DNA from: Acidobacteriota bacterium
GTDB lineage: Bacteria > Acidobacteriota > Thermoanaerobaculia > Multivoradales > J023
Assembly (NCBI GenBank): GCA_029263395.1
Contig: JAJCXO010000162.1
Coordinates: 8,798 to 72,797 of the forward strand
DNA length: 64,000 nt
Reading direction: 5' to 3'
Shown here piece by piece: positions 27,767 through 37,762 of this stretch. Positions within the stretch are counted from its first letter, which is position 1. Every line of letters starts with the position of its first letter. Below the pieces are notes generated by a model. It had not been told where the DNA came from. It saw only the letters and a list, made by a program, of their open reading frames with translations, and searched no databases. A program made the position numbers and the translations under genes.

Positions 27767-30439
27767 GTGAAGATCGAGGCCTGGGAGGCCGTCCTGGAGC
27801 TCTTCGAGCAGGCCATGGCGAAGCCAGAACCCGATCGCGACGCGTTCGTCCAACGAACCTGCGACGGCGATCCACAGCTGTTGCGAGCGGTCCGAGGCAT
27901 GATCGCCGCGGACCGCCAAGCCGACAACATCCTCGATCAGCCGTTGGTGGAACGCTGCGGCGTGAGGGCAACACCGCGGCTGGCAACTGCGGCGGTCAGC
28001 CCACCGACCCTCCCCAGCGATGGCTCCGGCGGTTTGCCTGTCGTCGGCTGGCCACCTCGTTATCCGCTGGTCGAGCCGGACTGGATCGGACCGTACCGTA
28101 TCATTCGCCAGATCGGCCAGGGCGGCATGAGCACCGTCTACCTGGCGAGCCGTGACGACGACACCTACCACAAACAAGTGGCGATCAAGGTAGTGCGCCA
28201 CGATCTCGAGCACGAACCGATCCTGCGGCGCCTGCGAGCGGAGCGACAGATCCTGGCCAGTCTCGAACACCCCAACATCGCCCGCTTGTACGATGGCGGG
28301 ACGACCGACGAAGGCCTGCCCTTCTTTGTCATGGAGTATGTCGAGGGTGAGCCGATCGATCTGTACTGTGACCACTACGGCCTGACCGTCGACCAACGTC
28401 TGACTCTGTTTCACAAAGTCTGCCAGGCGGTGCACCATGCGCATCAGAATTTAGTCATCCACCGCGACCTCAAACCCACGAACATCCTCGTCGATCGCAG
28501 CGGCGATCCCAAGCTGCTCGACTTCGGCATCGCCAAAGTGCTCAACCCGACGGCATGGGCCCTCGATATCGAGCCGACCCGCACTGTGCACCGCATGCTG
28601 ACGCCTTCCTACGCCAGTCCCGAGCAGTATCGCGGCAAGCTGGTGTCGACCGCTGGTGACGTCTACTCGCTAGGAGTGTTGCTGTACGAGCTGCTGACCG
28701 GCCGCTTGCCCTTCGACTTCGCCGGCCTTTCTCCAGCCGAGGTCGAGCGCCAGCTCATCGAAACCGAACCGAAAGCACCAAGCATGGCTGTCTCCTCAGA
28801 TACCGCGGCATCTGGCAGCCCGGCGCTACCACGGTCCGGAGCCCAGGCACTCTTCGCCGGTGGCCGCTGGTTGAGCAAGACTCTGGCCGGAGATCTCGAC
28901 GCCATCGTGCTCAAGGCTCTGCGCAGCCTGCCGCAGGCGAGATACGGTTCCGCCGAACAGCTCGCCGCCGAGATCGAGCGCTATCGCACTGGCCTACCCA
29001 TCCAAGCTCGTCAAGGTAGCTGGCGATACCGGTCTTACAAATTCGCCCAGCGTCACCGTGCACTCCTCGCCGCCACCGCCGCCACTGGGTTGTTGCTGCT
29101 AGTGGTCGCAATCACCATCATGCAACAAGCCGCCAGAGTTGCACAGGAGCGCGATCAGGCGCAGCGTGAGCGCAATCAGAAGAGTGCAATCATCACACTC
29201 TTCGAAGACCTGATCGCCGAAGCCGACCCTCTGCGCGGCAACGATCGCGATCTGACGGTTCGCGAGTTGCTGGGGGGCAGTAGCCAGCTCTTGGTGGGGC
29301 GGCTCACCGATCAACCCGCAACGCGCGCCGCATTGCTCCACACCACAGGCGGCATGTTAGCCGAGCTCGCTTCGCTAGCCGACGCCCGCGCTCATCTCGA
29401 AGAAGCCATCGCACTGCGAACCGCAAACCTTGGTCCCGACCATCCAGAAACCGCCGCCTCGATGGGTAAGCTGGCGCGCGTCTTGTTGGAGCTTGGGGAG
29501 CTGACAGAGGCCGAGAGGCTGGGACGCCGCTCCGTGGACCTGCTGCGGCAAAGGCATGACCCGGATCCGATCGCTTTGTCTGCTGCGTTGCGCTCGTTCG
29601 CGCTCGTGCTGTGGGCTCGTAATGATCTCGACAACGCTGCCGCCCGCGCACGAGAGGCGCTCGATCTGGTCGCCGACGGTCAACCCTCACTGCACGATAC
29701 CGCACGCTCATTGAGTTTGAATCTGCTCGGGCAGCTGGAAGCCCAGCGGGGACAATACGACCGAGCTGCCGCGGCTACCCGTCGAAGCCTGGCGATCGTC
29801 GAACAGCGCTACGGTGAAGAATCACCCCGGCTGATTCCGATTCTCAACAATCTCGCTCTTGCCTTGCGGTGGTCGAACGAGTTGGAAGAAGCTGAGCAGA
29901 TGTACCTTCGAGCCCGCGCCTTGATCCTCGCAAGCTACGGTGAGAACCATCAGGTTTTTGCGGTATCGAGCAACAACCTCGGCGGCGTTCGATTCGCTCG
30001 CGGCGACTATGACGGCGCGGCGAGCGCCTACAGCGAAGCCCGCCACACCATGAGCGAAACCCTAGGTGCAGATCATTGGAGGGTGTTCTTCGTCGAGACC
30101 AACCTCGCCTCCGCCCGCATTCGATTGGGAGATATCGCGACTGCAGAGCACGACTTGCGGGCCGGGATCGCACACTGGCGAGCTCGACTGAAGGCCGATC
30201 ACTGGCTTTTCGCCCAGGCCAACAGCTTGCTCGGAGAAGCAGCGGCCGCCCAAGGCCGAGTCGCCGAAGCTGAGGACCTGCTCACCACCAGTCTTCGACG
30301 TTTGATCGCGGTGGCGGCCAAGGACCGCTATCAGCGCAAGGCCCTCGAACGCCTCAGCGCCTTCCTGACCCAGCAGGGGCGCAGCGACGAAATCGCAGCC
30401 TTCGAATTGCTCCTGGCGGCCGGTGCCGACGCGACCTGA
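27767..30439 (+). CDS. Membrane Ser/Thr protein kinase with extracytoplasmic C-terminal TPR domain
   Basis: Hanks kinase motifs (VAIKVV, HRDLKPTNIL, DFGIAK, ASPEQ). A single TM helix (ALLAATAATGLLLLVVAITIM) follows. Then ~450 aa of TPR repeats. A conserved ~60-aa N-terminal segment is shared with the other two kinases. Confidence 0.9.
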   Translation: MKIEAWEAVLELFEQAMAKPEPDRDAFVQRTCDGDPQLLRAVRGMIAADRQADNILDQPLVERCGVRATPRLATAAVSPPTLPSDGSGGLPVVGWPPRYPLVEPDWIGPYRIIRQIGQGGMSTVYLASRDDDTYHKQVAIKVVRHDLEHEPILRRLRAERQILASLEHPNIARLYDGGTTDEGLPFFVMEYVEGEPIDLYCDHYGLTVDQRLTLFHKVCQAVHHAHQNLVIHRDLKPTNILVDRSGDPKLLDFGIAKVLNPTAWALDIEPTRTVHRMLTPSYASPEQYRGKLVSTAGDVYSLGVLLYELLTGRLPFDFAGLSPAEVERQLIETEPKAPSMAVSSDTAASGSPALPRSGAQALFAGGRWLSKTLAGDLDAIVLKALRSLPQARYGSAEQLAAEIERYRTGLPIQARQGSWRYRSYKFAQRHRALLAATAATGLLLLVVAITIMQQAARVAQERDQAQRERNQKSAIITLFEDLIAEADPLRGNDRDLTVRELLGGSSQLLVGRLTDQPATRAALLHTTGGMLAELASLADARAHLEEAIALRTANLGPDHPETAASMGKLARVLLELGELTEAERLGRRSVDLLRQRHDPDPIALSAALRSFALVLWARNDLDNAAARAREALDLVADGQPSLHDTARSLSLNLLGQLEAQRGQYDRAAAATRRSLAIVEQRYGEESPRLIPILNNLALALRWSNELEEAEQMYLRARALILASYGENHQVFAVSSNNLGGVRFARGDYDGAASAYSEARHTMSETLGADHWRVFFVETNLASARIRLGDIATAEHDLRAGIAHWRARLKADHWLFAQANSLLGEAAAAQGRVAEAEDLLTTSLRRLIAVAAKDRYQRKALERLSAFLTQQGRSDEIAAFELLLAAGADAT

Positions 30440-30505
30440 AGAGTTTGCTGGCCTAGTCGGCCAAGGCCGAAGTGACGATCGAAAAGGTACCGTAGCCTCC
30501 GAGGC

Positions 30506-30955
30506 TCAACTCTGCTTGTCTACCTGTCGCAGATGGTGCTGCAGATGGACGAGGTAGTCTTCGATCAAGAACTCCAACGTCACCGGCTCATAAGGCTCGA
30601 TCTCGCAGAGTGTGCCGAGTTGATCAGCGGGGATCCGCACAATCACATGCGCCAGATGACGATTGGCCAGCCGCCAGAGTTCGAGCAGCTCTTGCCACGG
30701 GCTTTCGTTGTAACCCTGCAAGCGAATCCACTCGTCCTGCTCGTATTTGGGGAACGTGAGACGCTCGACGAGTTGAGCCCGCACGAAGCGTTGATGGTTG
30801 TTGACCGCCGAATCCACCAAGTGCCCCAAGATCTCTTGGATCGACCACTTGTCGGGGGCCGGCTTGGTGCGAGCTACCGACTCGTCCAGTCTTCCCAATC
30901 GTTCCGCAGTTACTTCCACCACGTCCACCAGTTGGCGGGCTACGTCCTTCACCAT
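30506..30955 (-). CDS. DinB/YfiT-like (DinB_2) four-helix-bundle protein
   Basis: 'WSIQEILGHLVDSAVNNHQRF' is characteristic of the DinB_2 superfamily. The start is chosen at the internal Met. The ORF track begins at 31000. Confidence 0.55.
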   Translation of the reverse strand: MVKDVARQLVDVVEVTAERLGRLDESVARTKPAPDKWSIQEILGHLVDSAVNNHQRFVRAQLVERLTFPKYEQDEWIRLQGYNESPWQELLELWRLANRHLAHVIVRIPADQLGTLCEIEPYEPVTLEFLIEDYLVHLQHHLRQVDKQS

Positions 30956-31107
30956 CGGGTCTCTCCTCTGACGCGTTCGGGGCGTTTGTCCAACACCCAC
31001 AGCGTACCAGGAACCGTCACGATTCGAAGGCTGGAGAAGCCTTCATCACGCGGACGGTCGACGGAGCCCTACGCGATCAGAATCGGCGACAGAAAACTCC
31101 GCCGCCC

Positions 31108-33747
31108 TCATTCTTCGGCCGGCTGGCGCCGGACCTCTGCTGCCCGGTCGGGCTGACCCTTCGCCTCGTACAACACCGCCAAACGTTCGCGAGCCGCATC
31201 AACTCGAGATCCGCGCTGGCTGGCGGCCAGCGCTTCGTAACTCTCAACCAGGAGCTGCTCCGCCTCCTCTAGACGACCGAGCTGAATCAGAAGATCACCG
31301 AGAACCCCGTGGGTCTCGGCAATCGCCGGATGGCCGGCCGGCAAGCCCCCCACTCGCACCCCGAGCGCTTTGCGCAACAGAGCTTCCGCCTCCTCCATCT
31401 CGCCGGCTTGGATCTTCACCGTGCCGAGATTCTGGAGAGAATAGGCGGCTCCCGGGTGCCCCGGTGGTAACACCAAGCTCACGATTTCGAAGGCGCGGCG
31501 ATAGTGACTCTCCGCGGCGACAAGATCACCCTTCAACTGATTCACCTTACCAAGGCTGTTGTTGAGCACGGCCATGTCCCGGTGATCCTTACCCAACACG
31601 CGGACCGAAGCCTCGAAAACCTCTCGATAGAGCGGTTCCGCCGCTTCGTAGTCGCCTTGCTCTAGCAGGACCGCTGCCAGATTGTTCTTGCTCTGCCCGA
31701 CTTGGGTATGCATTTCATCGAAGACTGTCCGCCGAATGGCGAGGACCTCTCGGAACATCGCTTCGGCGCGCTCGAGGTCACCCCGTTGCCGTACCAGGCT
31801 CGCCAGATGGCTGAGGGTCTCGGCGACCTGCGGATGCTCGGCGCCAAGCTGCTGGCGTCTGGTCTCGAGGGCGCGCTGGAAAAGCTCCTCCGCGGCTTCG
31901 AACCGACCGATCTCGGTGTAGAGGATCGCTAGCTCATCCTGGCTGTTGGCCACATCGACGTGATGCTCCCCCAAAACCTCGATGCGCAGCGCCAGAGCTT
32001 CGCGATGGACAAGCTCGGTCTCGTCGTACTCCCCCTTCAAGAACAGTACCCGCCCGAGCTGATCGAGACTTTCCGCGACCAACGGGTCCCAACCCAATGA
32101 CCGACGGCGAATGGCAACCGCTTGACGCGACGAGTTTTCAGCCTGATCGTAGGATGCTTTCGCCAGGTGATATGCCCCCAGGTTGTCGAGGCTGGTCGCA
32201 ATGTCAGGATGTTCGCTCGGCAGGATCCGCCGACGCTCCGTGAGTCCCTCCTCGAGCAGCGGCAGCGCCTTCTCATAAAGTGCAAGACCGAGGTAGATCG
32301 AACCCATGGTGTCGAGCAACATACCGCGCAGCTCGGGCTCTTCGTCGAGGCGCTGGCGGATCGCTTCCGATCCCCGGTCGAGAACCACGCGTACGGTGAC
32401 TTCGCGCCCTGGGGTCTGCCAGGGATCAGAGTCCTGGAGTAGATCGACCAGGAACGTCGACAGCTCCTGTGCCTTGGCGCTCTCGATGCGCGTACGATCA
32501 CTCTCTCGGGCCAACATCGCATTCTGGCGCTCCTTGTCGACCGCAAATCCGGCCAACATCGTGACCACCGCGGCGGCGACCGCAACCCCGATCCGGTGGC
32601 GGCGCAGGAATTTTGCGGCGCGATAGGTCAGGGTATGGGGACGGGCGAAGATCGGCAGACCCGTAGCATACCGTCTGAGATCTTCCGCCAGCTGCTCTAC
32701 CGAGGCATAACGCTGGTCAGGCTCCTCGTCGAGGGCCTTGAGAACGATCCTATCGAGGTCACGGTTGAGCTCGGGTCGAGTCGGTTCCAGCGCCAGAATG
32801 CGCTCGACCGCAGACGGCGTCAGCGACTCGAACACCCGCGGTGGACGGCCGGTCAACAGCCGGTACAACAGCACGCCGAGGGAATAGATGTCAGTCGCGG
32901 TGGTGATCTGCTGGCCCCGCAGTTGTTCAGGGCTGGCGTAGTTGGGCGTCAGCGGACGCAACCCCAGCTGAGTGACCTCGGCCCCGACCGTGGCATCGGG
33001 CTCGAGCAATTTGGCAATGCCGAAGTCGAGCAGCTTAGGGGAGCCGTCTTCGGTGATCAGAATGTTCTGAGGCTTGAGGTCGCGATGCACAACCAGGTTG
33101 CGGTGAGCGTACTGGACGGCGCCGCAAACGCTGCTGAAGAGCTCGAGCCGTTCGGTCACACTGAGTTCGTGGCGCTCACAATAGTCGGTGATGGCGGTGC
33201 CCTCGACATACTCCATGACCAGGTAGGGCCGGCTGTCGTCGGTAGTGCCGCCGTCGAGCAAGCGGGCAATGTTGGGGTGTTCCAGATTCGCCAGGATTTG
33301 ACGCTCGCTGCGGAAGCCGCGCTGAAGGTCACGGGCAATCGTCGGGTTGGCGAGCTTGATGGCCACCTGCTGGTGATAAGCATCGTCGGCTCGGTTGGCG
33401 AGATAGACGCTACCCATTCCGCCCTGGCCAATGAGGCGTCCGATCCGGTACGGGCCGATTCGCGCCCCGTCTTCGATCGCCGGGTGCGACCGCCACAGCT
33501 CGGTCCAGGCGTTGAGGGCCGGCACCTCGAGGAAATCAGGGGTTTCGGCGTCGGCTGCCAGCAACGATTCGATCTCGTCGCGAAGCGTTGGATCGTCACC
33601 CAACTGAGACTCGAGGAAGCGATGGCGTTGCTCCGCCGGCCGCTCCAAGACAGCGTCGAAGAGCTTGCCTACTCTCCCCCAGCGACCGCTGGGCTCTGTT
33701 CCATCAGGCAGATTCTCTCCGCCAAACTGTTGTTCAACGTTACTCAT
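31108..33747 (-). CDS. Membrane Ser/Thr protein kinase with extracytoplasmic C-terminal TPR domain
   Basis: VAIKLA, HRDLKPQNIL, DFGIAK, ASPEQ. TM helix (IGVAVAAAVVTMLAGFAV). Many TPR repeats. Confidence 0.9.
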   Translation of the reverse strand: MSNVEQQFGGENLPDGTEPSGRWGRVGKLFDAVLERPAEQRHRFLESQLGDDPTLRDEIESLLAADAETPDFLEVPALNAWTELWRSHPAIEDGARIGPYRIGRLIGQGGMGSVYLANRADDAYHQQVAIKLANPTIARDLQRGFRSERQILANLEHPNIARLLDGGTTDDSRPYLVMEYVEGTAITDYCERHELSVTERLELFSSVCGAVQYAHRNLVVHRDLKPQNILITEDGSPKLLDFGIAKLLEPDATVGAEVTQLGLRPLTPNYASPEQLRGQQITTATDIYSLGVLLYRLLTGRPPRVFESLTPSAVERILALEPTRPELNRDLDRIVLKALDEEPDQRYASVEQLAEDLRRYATGLPIFARPHTLTYRAAKFLRRHRIGVAVAAAVVTMLAGFAVDKERQNAMLARESDRTRIESAKAQELSTFLVDLLQDSDPWQTPGREVTVRVVLDRGSEAIRQRLDEEPELRGMLLDTMGSIYLGLALYEKALPLLEEGLTERRRILPSEHPDIATSLDNLGAYHLAKASYDQAENSSRQAVAIRRRSLGWDPLVAESLDQLGRVLFLKGEYDETELVHREALALRIEVLGEHHVDVANSQDELAILYTEIGRFEAAEELFQRALETRRQQLGAEHPQVAETLSHLASLVRQRGDLERAEAMFREVLAIRRTVFDEMHTQVGQSKNNLAAVLLEQGDYEAAEPLYREVFEASVRVLGKDHRDMAVLNNSLGKVNQLKGDLVAAESHYRRAFEIVSLVLPPGHPGAAYSLQNLGTVKIQAGEMEEAEALLRKALGVRVGGLPAGHPAIAETHGVLGDLLIQLGRLEEAEQLLVESYEALAASQRGSRVDAARERLAVLYEAKGQPDRAAEVRRQPAEE

Positions 33748-33782
33748 CTACCGAGTAAGGCGTAATCGGGCGCTGATTCAGG

Positions 33783-34349
33783 TCACTCGGAGGTCATTTC
33801 CCGGTAGAGCCAGGCCTTGGCCAACCGCCAGCGGCGTTTGACGGTGGCCGGCGAGCAGCCGAGCACCTCCGCCGTTTCCTCGCCGGTGAGCCCACCAAAG
33901 AAGCGCACCTCGACGATCCTCGCCTGAGTTGAGTCCAGTTCTTTGAGGCGACTCAGGGCCCGATCGAGCGCCAACAACTGATCGGAGCGCTCAAAGGCCA
34001 AATCGACAACCGCCGACAGCGGGATCTTCTCACCGCTGTTCCGCTTAGCAGACCCATGGCGGCGAGCATGATCCACCAAAATCCGCCGGATCATCTTGGC
34101 GGCAATACCAAAAAAGTGCGAACGGTTCTGCCATTGGACATGCTTCTGGTCGACCAAACGCACATACGCTTCGTGGACCAAGGCGGTCGGCTGCAGGGTG
34201 TGATTCTGACGCTCGATCGACAGATAACCCGCGGCTATTTTACGCAGCTCGGCGTAGACCAGGGGCATCAGCTCCTCGCCCGCCTGTGCATCGCCTCCTC
34301 GCCAGGCCTCGAGGAGACAGGTTACGTCCTGCCCACCTGGGGAACTCAT
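33783..34349 (-). CDS. ECF sigma factor (ECF43 / TIGR02999-like), paralogue of the 26681 gene
   Basis: 'DVTCLLEAWRGGDAQAGEELMPLVYAELRK...LVHEAYVRL...VEVRFFGGLTGEETAEVLGCSPATVKRRWRLAKAWL'. The start is chosen at the internal ATG (34349) by homology. The longest ORF starts at 34634 but would overlap the upstream gene. Confidence 0.8.
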   Translation of the reverse strand: MSSPGGQDVTCLLEAWRGGDAQAGEELMPLVYAELRKIAAGYLSIERQNHTLQPTALVHEAYVRLVDQKHVQWQNRSHFFGIAAKMIRRILVDHARRHGSAKRNSGEKIPLSAVVDLAFERSDQLLALDRALSRLKELDSTQARIVEVRFFGGLTGEETAEVLGCSPATVKRRWRLAKAWLYREMTSE

Positions 34350-34420
34350 CAAAAAACAGCTTATCAGGAGCTGAGACGCGAGCAGCGAGCTCAGCCTCAG
34401 TCCACCTCCATCTCCCTGGT

Positions 34421-34455
34421 CCCTACAGCACGAGGCCTTCCCTACAGCACGAAGC
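34421..34455. repeat. 13-bp direct repeat x2 (CCCTACAGCACGARG) between the Cys-rich ORF and the sigma gene
   Basis: Read directly. The repeats lie 19 bp apart. Confidence 0.5.
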
Positions 34456-34536
34456 TTTTCTAAAACACCAAGGTGGGGACCAGGTCTTGGCCCGACCCGA
34501 TCCCCCTGACTCTCTCTGGTCTGTTCAAGCTGTGGG

Positions 34537-34938
34537 CTAGGCGCAGATGCAGACCTTGGGGCCCCAGCCGTAGCAGCTGTTGAAATGCCGCGAACACACG
34601 AAATTAACCGCCGGTTCACCAGGACAGATACCAATACAGTCTGTATGGGTGTTGCACAGGTCGCAGGTGATCGTCACGCTGGTTCTCGGGGTATCGAGCA
34701 CGGTCCTGAAAATTGGCAGGTCGAGCTCCGATAGAGCGGCCATCACAGGTGTCACCGATGCGAAGGACCCAGCAGTCTCGGTCGCGCTGGCTTCAGAAAC
34801 CGCACTGGCCTCTGCCGGCGCCGCCTCCGCTTGTGCGGCCACTGATTCGGCCACGTCATTGCTGCCAGGGTCAGCCAGAACTGGGGTCAGAGTCGCAACT
34901 AGGCCGAGGGTGAGGAGCAAGATCAGCTTCTTCGTCAT
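34537..34938 (-). CDS. Small secreted cysteine-rich protein (signal peptide, Ala/Glu/Ser-rich linker, C-terminal 45-aa module with 10 Cys)
   Basis: MTKKLILLLTLGLVATLTPVLA ... ITCDLCNTHTDCIGICPGEPAVNFVCSRHFNSCYGWGPKVCICA. GGAGAA Shine-Dalgarno 7 nt upstream. It lies immediately upstream of the ECF-sigma/kinase pair. Confidence 0.5.
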   Translation of the reverse strand: MTKKLILLLTLGLVATLTPVLADPGSNDVAESVAAQAEAAPAEASAVSEASATETAGSFASVTPVMAALSELDLPIFRTVLDTPRTSVTITCDLCNTHTDCIGICPGEPAVNFVCSRHFNSCYGWGPKVCICA

Positions 34939-35215
34939 GTCGATTCTCCAAACGGTGTTAAGGGTTACGATCGTTGCCTTCGGGTTCTCGCCCGCAGACC
35001 AGGGCCGCACCTTTTGCGGACCCGTTAGACACGCGCATTCAGGCGCCTGTTTGGGTCAACAAAAAAATCGAGGCCAAAGACGGGCCGACACTCAGAGCTG
35101 CGAACCGGTGCCGGTGATGGCATAACTACCTTGCATCGAGGCGCGCAAACCCACCCTGGATCGACCCACCCTGGATCGACCCGAAGGCCTCGGGCCGATC
35201 CTCACCTTGGTGTCA

Positions 35216-37639
35216 TCAGAACCCGTAGGTAAATCCGATACGGGCGTTACGGCCGATCTCGAGAATCCGCATCCGACTGAACGGATTCGGCGAGTTGAGA
35301 TGCTCGGCATACGCATGATCACTCAAATTCTCGACCGCGGCCTTGAGTGTCCACCCCCCAGCAAGCTCGTAGCCGACGGCGAGGTCGTAGACCGCATACC
35401 CCGGCGTCTCCTGTTCGAACCGGCTACTCGCCACCCGATCCTGACGATCTGCAAAACGGGTGGATAGATCGATCCACAACCGCTGTTGCAAGGTTTGGAA
35501 CCGCACCCCAACTTCTCCGTGTAATGGCGCAATACCGAGGACCGGCTCGTCGAGGGCTTCGTCCTCGGCGTGCACATAACTCAGCGAACCACGCCAGGAG
35601 ACGTTTGCGTTGACGCGATGCCGCAGCATCAACTCACCGCCGAAATAATTGGCTTCGCTGCCGTTGACGTAACGGTAGACCGTCGGCGGACTCAAGGGTA
35701 GGCGCCGACTCAGGCTCGCGTCTGGGACAACGGTGATGTAGTTGTCGATCGTGCGATAGAAGACTTCGATGTCTACCACCAAGTCTCCCGCCGCTCCACC
35801 ACCGCCAAACACACCGCGACCCCCCACGTTGAGCTCCAAGCTTTCTTCTGGATCCAACAATGGGTTGCCCATGAACTCGGCGGCCAGCTGGAACTTGGTT
35901 GACGGGAATCGATCCGAGTAACGCTCGCTCACCGTTGCGGTACGCACCGCACGCCCAACACCCACGTTCATCGACCATTGATCATTAACGTCGATGGCGG
36001 CGCTGACCGCCGCGCTGACGTTGGTCTCACCGTGTTTCGATGAACCATCGTGATTGGGTGAGCCAATGGTGTTGGCGCTGAAAAATGGCGACAGGTTGTC
36101 AGCGATGGCGTCAACCTCGTCGACCCGCAGCGTCGCCCCCAAACGGGCTTTGCCGACGCTCCACACCACCTGCCCCCAGCCACCGACGTCTTCGATCTCG
36201 GCATCCGGCCATACGATGTCTTCGAACAGCACAAAGCCGTTGGAACGGCGCGAGACGGTTCGGCTCGCAGTCTGTTCAACCCGGTAATAGTCGGTGCCGA
36301 AACTCCACTCGGTTTGATCACGATCGAAACGCAGCCGGAATCGACCACCCTGAGTATTCGACTCGGTAGGCAGGTCGACCGCGATGGCGAACGGCGGAAC
36401 CCGCCCCGGCGCTGGTTGGGCGGTGGGCTTCTCATCGTTGTTCATGCGGTGATCTTTGCGGTTCGAATAAATCTGACCAACAACCTCGGATACCGCCCCA
36501 TCACCATTCCACGTCAGATCGAGGGCGGCGGAACGAGCATAGAAGTAGGTCGCATCGAGTAGGCGACCGGGATAGTCGAGATCAAACTGCTCCTGGTAGC
36601 CACCGCTGGCATCGATCACCAGGTTTTCGTTTGGCCGGAAGCCGAAACGAAAGCGGGTTTCGGTCGACTCGTAATCCGCCGGTACCAAGGACCCATCGCC
36701 GGCCTCGTAGTCGTCGCCGTCACGGCGTCCACCGCCGAGATAAAAACGCAAGCGGTCATTGCTGCCCCACACTCCAGCGTGGGCGTCCAGGTTGCTGGCG
36801 CTTTCGCCATATTGCACACCGAGACTGCCGTTCCACTGCCAGTCGCTCGCCGTGAAGTTCGGCCGGATGGTCTCGATATCGAGCGCTGCCAAAGTGCCCG
36901 CTCCCCAAGCCAGAGCATACGGTCCTTTGACCACGCGCAGACTCTGGGTAGCGTGGCTGCCGACATGACTGATGTTCGAGTCCATCCGTCCTGGGCCGGC
37001 AGCAAAGGTGCGGGTGCCATCGACAAACATCCCAACCTGATCTTCTTGCAGACCACGGATTGACGGTTCAAGATTCACCGCACCACGGCGCACCGCCGAC
37101 AGGCCTTCGACGTGACGAAAGAACTCGGCCAGGTCTTCGTGGCCAGCGTTCTGGATGTCGCTGCCCGGCACCCGGCGTTCGGTGGCCAGCTCCGGCATCG
37201 ACGACACCACAACTATCTCGTTCTTGACCGTCTCCAGGTGGAGTCTGGTGGTGAATTGGTTCTTGCCGGCTGAGAGCTCGGCGGATTGTTTCGATGTCTC
37301 GAAGCCCTCCGCGGAGACCGTATATCGGCACCTACCGGTGGCCGCCTGGCTGAACCGAACGTGGCCGGCGGAATCGGTGGTGGCGGTCGATTTACTGGTC
37401 GTCGATTCACCGGCCAGGCTGAAGCAGACTAGAGAAACCGACGCTCCAGAGACCGGACGACCCGCTGGGTCCAGGACTTTCAAATCGAGCTGTGTTTTGG
37501 CTGAAGCCGGTGCTGCGGCAGACGGTGCTGCGGAAGACTGTGCTCCAGCAGACTGGGCAGAGGTAAATCCAAAGGAAAAAACTACGAGGGCAAGGGCGAG
37601 TACCGCCCGTCCAAGGGGCTTATCTTGTTGGCTTGACAT
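35216..37639 (-). CDS. TonB-dependent outer-membrane receptor with N-terminal carboxypeptidase-regulatory-like domain
   Basis: Signal peptide. CarbopepD_reg-like 'LKVLDPAGRPVSGASVSLV'. Plug and barrel. A C-terminal aromatic residue (…GFTYGF). Confidence 0.85.
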   Translation of the reverse strand: MSSQQDKPLGRAVLALALVVFSFGFTSAQSAGAQSSAAPSAAAPASAKTQLDLKVLDPAGRPVSGASVSLVCFSLAGESTTSKSTATTDSAGHVRFSQAATGRCRYTVSAEGFETSKQSAELSAGKNQFTTRLHLETVKNEIVVVSSMPELATERRVPGSDIQNAGHEDLAEFFRHVEGLSAVRRGAVNLEPSIRGLQEDQVGMFVDGTRTFAAGPGRMDSNISHVGSHATQSLRVVKGPYALAWGAGTLAALDIETIRPNFTASDWQWNGSLGVQYGESASNLDAHAGVWGSNDRLRFYLGGGRRDGDDYEAGDGSLVPADYESTETRFRFGFRPNENLVIDASGGYQEQFDLDYPGRLLDATYFYARSAALDLTWNGDGAVSEVVGQIYSNRKDHRMNNDEKPTAQPAPGRVPPFAIAVDLPTESNTQGGRFRLRFDRDQTEWSFGTDYYRVEQTASRTVSRRSNGFVLFEDIVWPDAEIEDVGGWGQVVWSVGKARLGATLRVDEVDAIADNLSPFFSANTIGSPNHDGSSKHGETNVSAAVSAAIDVNDQWSMNVGVGRAVRTATVSERYSDRFPSTKFQLAAEFMGNPLLDPEESLELNVGGRGVFGGGGAAGDLVVDIEVFYRTIDNYITVVPDASLSRRLPLSPPTVYRYVNGSEANYFGGELMLRHRVNANVSWRGSLSYVHAEDEALDEPVLGIAPLHGEVGVRFQTLQQRLWIDLSTRFADRQDRVASSRFEQETPGYAVYDLAVGYELAGGWTLKAAVENLSDHAYAEHLNSPNPFSRMRILEIGRNARIGFTYGF

Positions 37640-37762
37640 CGCGTCAAACTCCTTCTTATTCCGAATTTCTTACTTCCAGAAATGACCGTCGTGCACGCGT
37701 CGGCGCTGCGACACGGCACACTCCTGCCCAGGCTCGCCGGGTCAGGTTCGAACGGATCCAAA

